Positions 39,394 to 42,543 of a DNA stretch of 42,543 nt are shown piece after piece. The position numbers were made by a program, and so were the translations under genes. The stretch lies in the IMG/VR virus record IMGVR_UViG_3300027674_000003, positions 1 through 42,543 of that record. One strand, 5' to 3'. The stretch's first letter is position 1. Each line of letters begins with the position of its first letter. Origin of the DNA: a virus. Below the pieces are notes generated by a model that was not told the origin of the DNA, did no database searches, and saw only the letters and a list, made by a program, of their open reading frames with translations.

Positions 39394-41502
39394 CTAATAG
39401 GGCGTTGCGCTCCAGCTAAACACATCGTTCTGCGTGGCGCTGGTCACCGTCAGCACGCAGGTAGTTTGCGTGTGGGAGGTTTGCTGGAATAGATTCGCTC
39501 GCGTCGTTTCATCGAATACCGGGCAGTTCCAACCGTTCGGGGCGGTGAGCGCGAAAGTTATTGTCAGCGTGCTTGCGGCTGTCGCGGCGGTACACTTTGC
39601 CGTGCCCGCCCAAGAGCCGCCCGATTGCGTCGTGATCGTCGCACAGGCTCCGGTTCCGGTCAGTGTCGCGCCCGCTCCACTGGCAATCGGCGCTGTAGCG
39701 TAAAACTGCGAAGCGGTCCAAAGCCTCTGTTGCTGCGTGGCATCGCTGCCGTCTCCGTAGAGCGAGCCGCCGCTCCAGTTGTCCGTGATCGCGTTCGCCT
39801 GAGCCGCCGTGTCGTTCATCGTGAAACCGGGCAGTCCGCTGAGAATCGAGGTATCCGTTCCGCTCGCCGTGGCGTTTCCCGCCGGATCGTATAACGTGCA
39901 ACTGATCGTGCTTCCCTGCGCCGTAAGAACAAGCCAATCATTCGCCTTTGGCGTTGCCGTTATCGTGCCGACCGTGGTGAAGCCAACACCATGCACGTAT
40001 TTCCTGATCGTAATGAGTTGTGAAACCCCCAGCGCGTTGACGGTGACGCACTCATAAAAAGTCGTGTCGGTGGTTGCTCCGCGAACGATTACTCCAGTCG
40101 TGGAAGTGGATGCAGCGGCGATCAGTTGAATGGAGGAAAATTGGTCCGCTACAGGCTGCACTCGCAGATATAAGCCCCGCGAACCACTGTTGACGAGAAA
40201 CGGCTGGAATTGATTACTGACGATCGTTGGCAGCGTGCCCGAGTAGACGGCGGTCCAATCGTTTCCAAGACCGTTGGCGTTATTCGGGCGATTGGCGTTG
40301 TCAAAACCTGTGGGAACCGGCAGGGGAGTGTTGGAAGAAATTCCATTTGTAAAGATCCAACCACTGTGAGCTGGTTGTACTCCTGTATCGATTTGCGTCA
40401 TTTGCACGATGCTTTTCATCGGAAGCGGAATCGACGCTACGTTGATCGTCATTTCTTGCTGGCTCGGAGAGGCGCAATTATTCGCGCACGCGGTGTAATA
40501 CAGATAGGTGGTGTTTCGTGGATCGCCCTGCGCATAAGGCCATTCCAACAATGCTGGATCGGCAAGCTGGGAATTGCTATTTATCTTGCCGCCGCCCTCA
40601 TCTTCAAATCTGGCCGTCATCATGACGGTATGGGTATGACCGACCGCGCCCTTGCCATTTGTATTCAGTTCGGCAAAATACAGGATGCTGGGATAGGCCG
40701 TTGCAGTCGTAACCCCGCCAAGTTCCCATTGCCAGAAATTCGTACCGTCGTTGATAACCCACGGTCCGCCGCCGTTCAATTCGCTGAACGGGATTTGAGG
40801 ATCGCCTGTCGCCTCGGTGAAGCTACCGACGGCGCAAGTGGAATTGCCGGTCATTAGACCTTGCGCGTAGTTTTGCCCGGAAGCGTTGCCATCGAACCAC
40901 AGGTAACAAATTCCGCCGACGATCAAATAGGAGGAGTTGTCTGCCTGCACGCTATACCAAGATTGCGTGTTATGGGTCACAACCGCGCCGTCATCCACCC
41001 AGGAAATGCCATTCGTGATCGAGTGATAGCGGTGGATGTCTATCCTGCTGTTGCAAGCAAACATTACGAGCTGGCCGCCGATGGTGGTCACGTTGCTCGC
41101 GCATCCGGCGTTCGCTATTACGGGGTTGCTGGGATGGTAAGTAAAAGGGCCTTGCGGGCTAGGAGCTTCCGCGTAGTTGATCGAGCCGCCATCCTGCGAA
41201 AAGATGCACGCTACGACCTGCGAATAGCCAGTCGGTAGAAGTTGCGGCGAAGTCTGAATCCAGCAGGACGGCTCTTGAAATGAAATGGTGCCATAGGAAT
41301 ACGGTGTGCCAAGGACAGCGCCCAGACGCGTCCAGGTCAAAGTGTTCGCGCCGACTGTCGCGCCTGCGACATTCACAAGGGACTGACCACTGGAGATGCT
41401 GCCTCCGCTCGTGCTCCCGGCCCCGGCGACGTTGGTTCCCTGGGCGAATGTCGAGACGGCGCTTAATGCTAACATCGCCAGAAATAGGGTGAGCCTCTTC
41501 AT
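39394..41502 (-). CDS. Signal-peptide-bearing protein with a beta-propeller-glycosidase-like N-domain (702 aa from MKRLTL); tailspike/depolymerase candidate
   Basis: MKRLTLFLAMLALSAVSTFAQG. The ATG at 41502 has GAGGGA upstream. GPFTYHPSNPVI and repeated W/D-containing blades are reminiscent of GH43/GH32-type propellers. This is not verified. Confidence 0.5.
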   Translation of the reverse strand: MKRLTLFLAMLALSAVSTFAQGTNVAGAGSTSGGSISSGQSLVNVAGATVGANTLTWTRLGAVLGTPYSYGTISFQEPSCWIQTSPQLLPTGYSQVVACIFSQDGGSINYAEAPSPQGPFTYHPSNPVIANAGCASNVTTIGGQLVMFACNSRIDIHRYHSITNGISWVDDGAVVTHNTQSWYSVQADNSSYLIVGGICYLWFDGNASGQNYAQGLMTGNSTCAVGSFTEATGDPQIPFSELNGGGPWVINDGTNFWQWELGGVTTATAYPSILYFAELNTNGKGAVGHTHTVMMTARFEDEGGGKINSNSQLADPALLEWPYAQGDPRNTTYLYYTACANNCASPSQQEMTINVASIPLPMKSIVQMTQIDTGVQPAHSGWIFTNGISSNTPLPVPTGFDNANRPNNANGLGNDWTAVYSGTLPTIVSNQFQPFLVNSGSRGLYLRVQPVADQFSSIQLIAAASTSTTGVIVRGATTDTTFYECVTVNALGVSQLITIRKYVHGVGFTTVGTITATPKANDWLVLTAQGSTISCTLYDPAGNATASGTDTSILSGLPGFTMNDTAAQANAITDNWSGGSLYGDGSDATQQQRLWTASQFYATAPIASGAGATLTGTGACATITTQSGGSWAGTAKCTAATAASTLTITFALTAPNGWNCPVFDETTRANLFQQTSHTQTTCVLTVTSATQNDVFSWSATPY

Positions 41503-41516
41503 GGTCGCATGATCCC

Positions 41517-42543
41517 TCAGTTCATAATCAAATAGCTGTAGCAATTCGGATTCGTGACCGGCGCTGAACCTGTAACAGTAAAACTGGTGGCCGCAACCCT
41601 GGCGGAAACAAGGACGCTATCTATTCCCGTGTTGCAAGTCACTCCTAATCGCGCACCGAGGGAATCGTCATTAAACACGATGATTTCAGAGTTGGCCGTG
41701 ACCGCGGTTGTGTTCACGGTGACGGAGGTTGTGGTGGCGGCGAGTGTGAACATGCCCGCCGCCGCAGAGCCGCAGACCGCAGGCGATGCGCTGGAGTTGC
41801 AATTCGTGCCCGTGGCATATTTGCCGGGCTTGATAGTCCCTGTCACATCCGATGCAGTACCGTTTCCAACATCCATAACACCGGCGGAATCGCGTGAAAT
41901 AGCGGTATCCAAGGCATTAGTATCGAGTGACCCAGATGCAAATCCCAAAGCGGCGGTTGGAAGAACCCTTACTGAATTAGTAAAAGCCGCCAATTGACTT
42001 ACGCCTGTTACTTCCAAGGTGACACCACCACCCACTGAAAATATGCCACTTCCCCCCGCACCAATTCCCAATCCTGGCGTTGTCACTGCTCCCACGGGGA
42101 CTTGAATATTATTACTTGACACAATTGGATTTGTCGTGGTTCCCGCGACCGCTGGAGCGGTTAAAGTCGCCGTGCCGCTGGTTGTGCCTTTAAGTCCTAA
42201 AATGCCGGAGGTTCCTACCGCTCCGACATTGAATTGCGGCACGCTGGATAGTGAGCATCCTGTTCCGCAAATCATCGCCGCCGTTGTATTTGTAGCTCCG
42301 GTGATGGCGCTGAATGCAGGCGCGCCGCCGGGTGCTCCTCCATCGGTCAAGGTGCATGTCGTGGCGACAACCGTACACGTCACCACGTCGCCGGTGGTGG
42401 GAACCGCAGTAAAACCCGCGATTGTGTTCGTGGTGGTCGCACCACTGACAAAGATCGTGTGCGCGTTCGCGGCGCTATTGGCGAGCGTCACGATTCCGGC
42501 GAGGCTGTTATCTGTACCAGCGGAATAATTCCCATTGATGTCA
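41517..42543 (-). CDS. C-terminal part of the junction-spanning fibre-like gene (continues from 854..1)
   Basis: The track ORF 41517..42491 begins at an internal GTG. The frame stays open to the window end and is in phase with 1..854 through the 99-bp overlap. Confidence 0.7.
   Translation of the reverse strand, partial: DINGNYSAGTDNSLAGIVTLANSAANAHTIFVSGATTTNTIAGFTAVPTTGDVVTCTVVATTCTLTDGGAPGGAPAFSAITGATNTTAAMICGTGCSLSSVPQFNVGAVGTSGILGLKGTTSGTATLTAPAVAGTTTNPIVSSNNIQVPVGAVTTPGLGIGAGGSGIFSVGGGVTLEVTGVSQLAAFTNSVRVLPTAALGFASGSLDTNALDTAISRDSAGVMDVGNGTASDVTGTIKPGKYATGTNCNSSASPAVCGSAAAGMFTLAATTTSVTVNTTAVTANSEIIVFNDDSLGARLGVTCNTGIDSVLVSARVAATSFTVTGSAPVTNPNCYSYLIMN
42445..42543. repeat. Terminal direct repeat copy B (99 bp), identical to 1..99
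   Basis: Same 99-mer as 1..99. It lies inside an open reading frame, so it looks like a circularisation overlap rather than a physical end. Confidence 0.95.

Larger units (their letters stand above)
1..42543. mobile_element. Complete tailed-phage (Caudoviricetes-like) genome, unidirectional gene layout, T7-like order of structural genes
   Basis: Contains terminase small and large subunits, portal, scaffold and capsid modules. The window ends carry an exact 99-bp overlap. All long coherent ORFs are on the minus strand. Confidence 0.85.

Noticed and set aside
1-42543. tRNA, rRNA, CRISPR array, integrase/attP and diversity-generating retroelement
   Set aside because: Intergenic space is tiny, and the few gaps lack tRNA T-loop or acceptor features and spaced direct repeats. 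No tyrosine or serine recombinase or reverse-transcriptase motifs (such as YxDD) were seen in any ORF, and no template/variable repeat pair was noticed near the fibre genes.

Overview
This window is a complete, circularly closed genome of about 42.4 kb from a tailed dsDNA phage. Bases 1..99 are repeated exactly at 42445..42543, and one gene is split by that junction. All credible genes (about 70) lie on the minus strand, and many neighbours share 4-nt ATGA/GTGA/TTGA start-stop overlaps. The order below follows transcription, i.e. descending coordinates. (1) A sigma70-like promoter (14295..14324) opens an early region (14285 down to 4154). It holds small Zn-ribbon, RHH and HTH proteins, an HNH endonuclease, a PD-(D/E)xK exonuclease with an annealing-protein-like partner, a KTSC protein and a winged-helix initiator-like protein. 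(2) A second promoter-like site (4066..4094) and a leader hairpin precede terS/terL (3958..1895). (3) The late region wraps the junction. It holds four fibre-like proteins with signal-peptide-like N-termini, small membrane proteins, portal (33640..31283), scaffold, major capsid (29173..27947) and tail-tube/nozzle-like genes. It continues with a DNA-modification island (Dam-type MTase, PAPS-reductase/DndC-like enzyme, FN3-like protein, C5-MTase), a Hint-domain protein and two large internal-core-like proteins ending at 14353. I saw no tRNA, rRNA, CRISPR array, integrase, DNA polymerase or recognisable endolysin. All functional calls rest on motifs read by eye, gene order and composition. No database search or structure prediction was possible, and many small ORFs and start codons remain uncertain.
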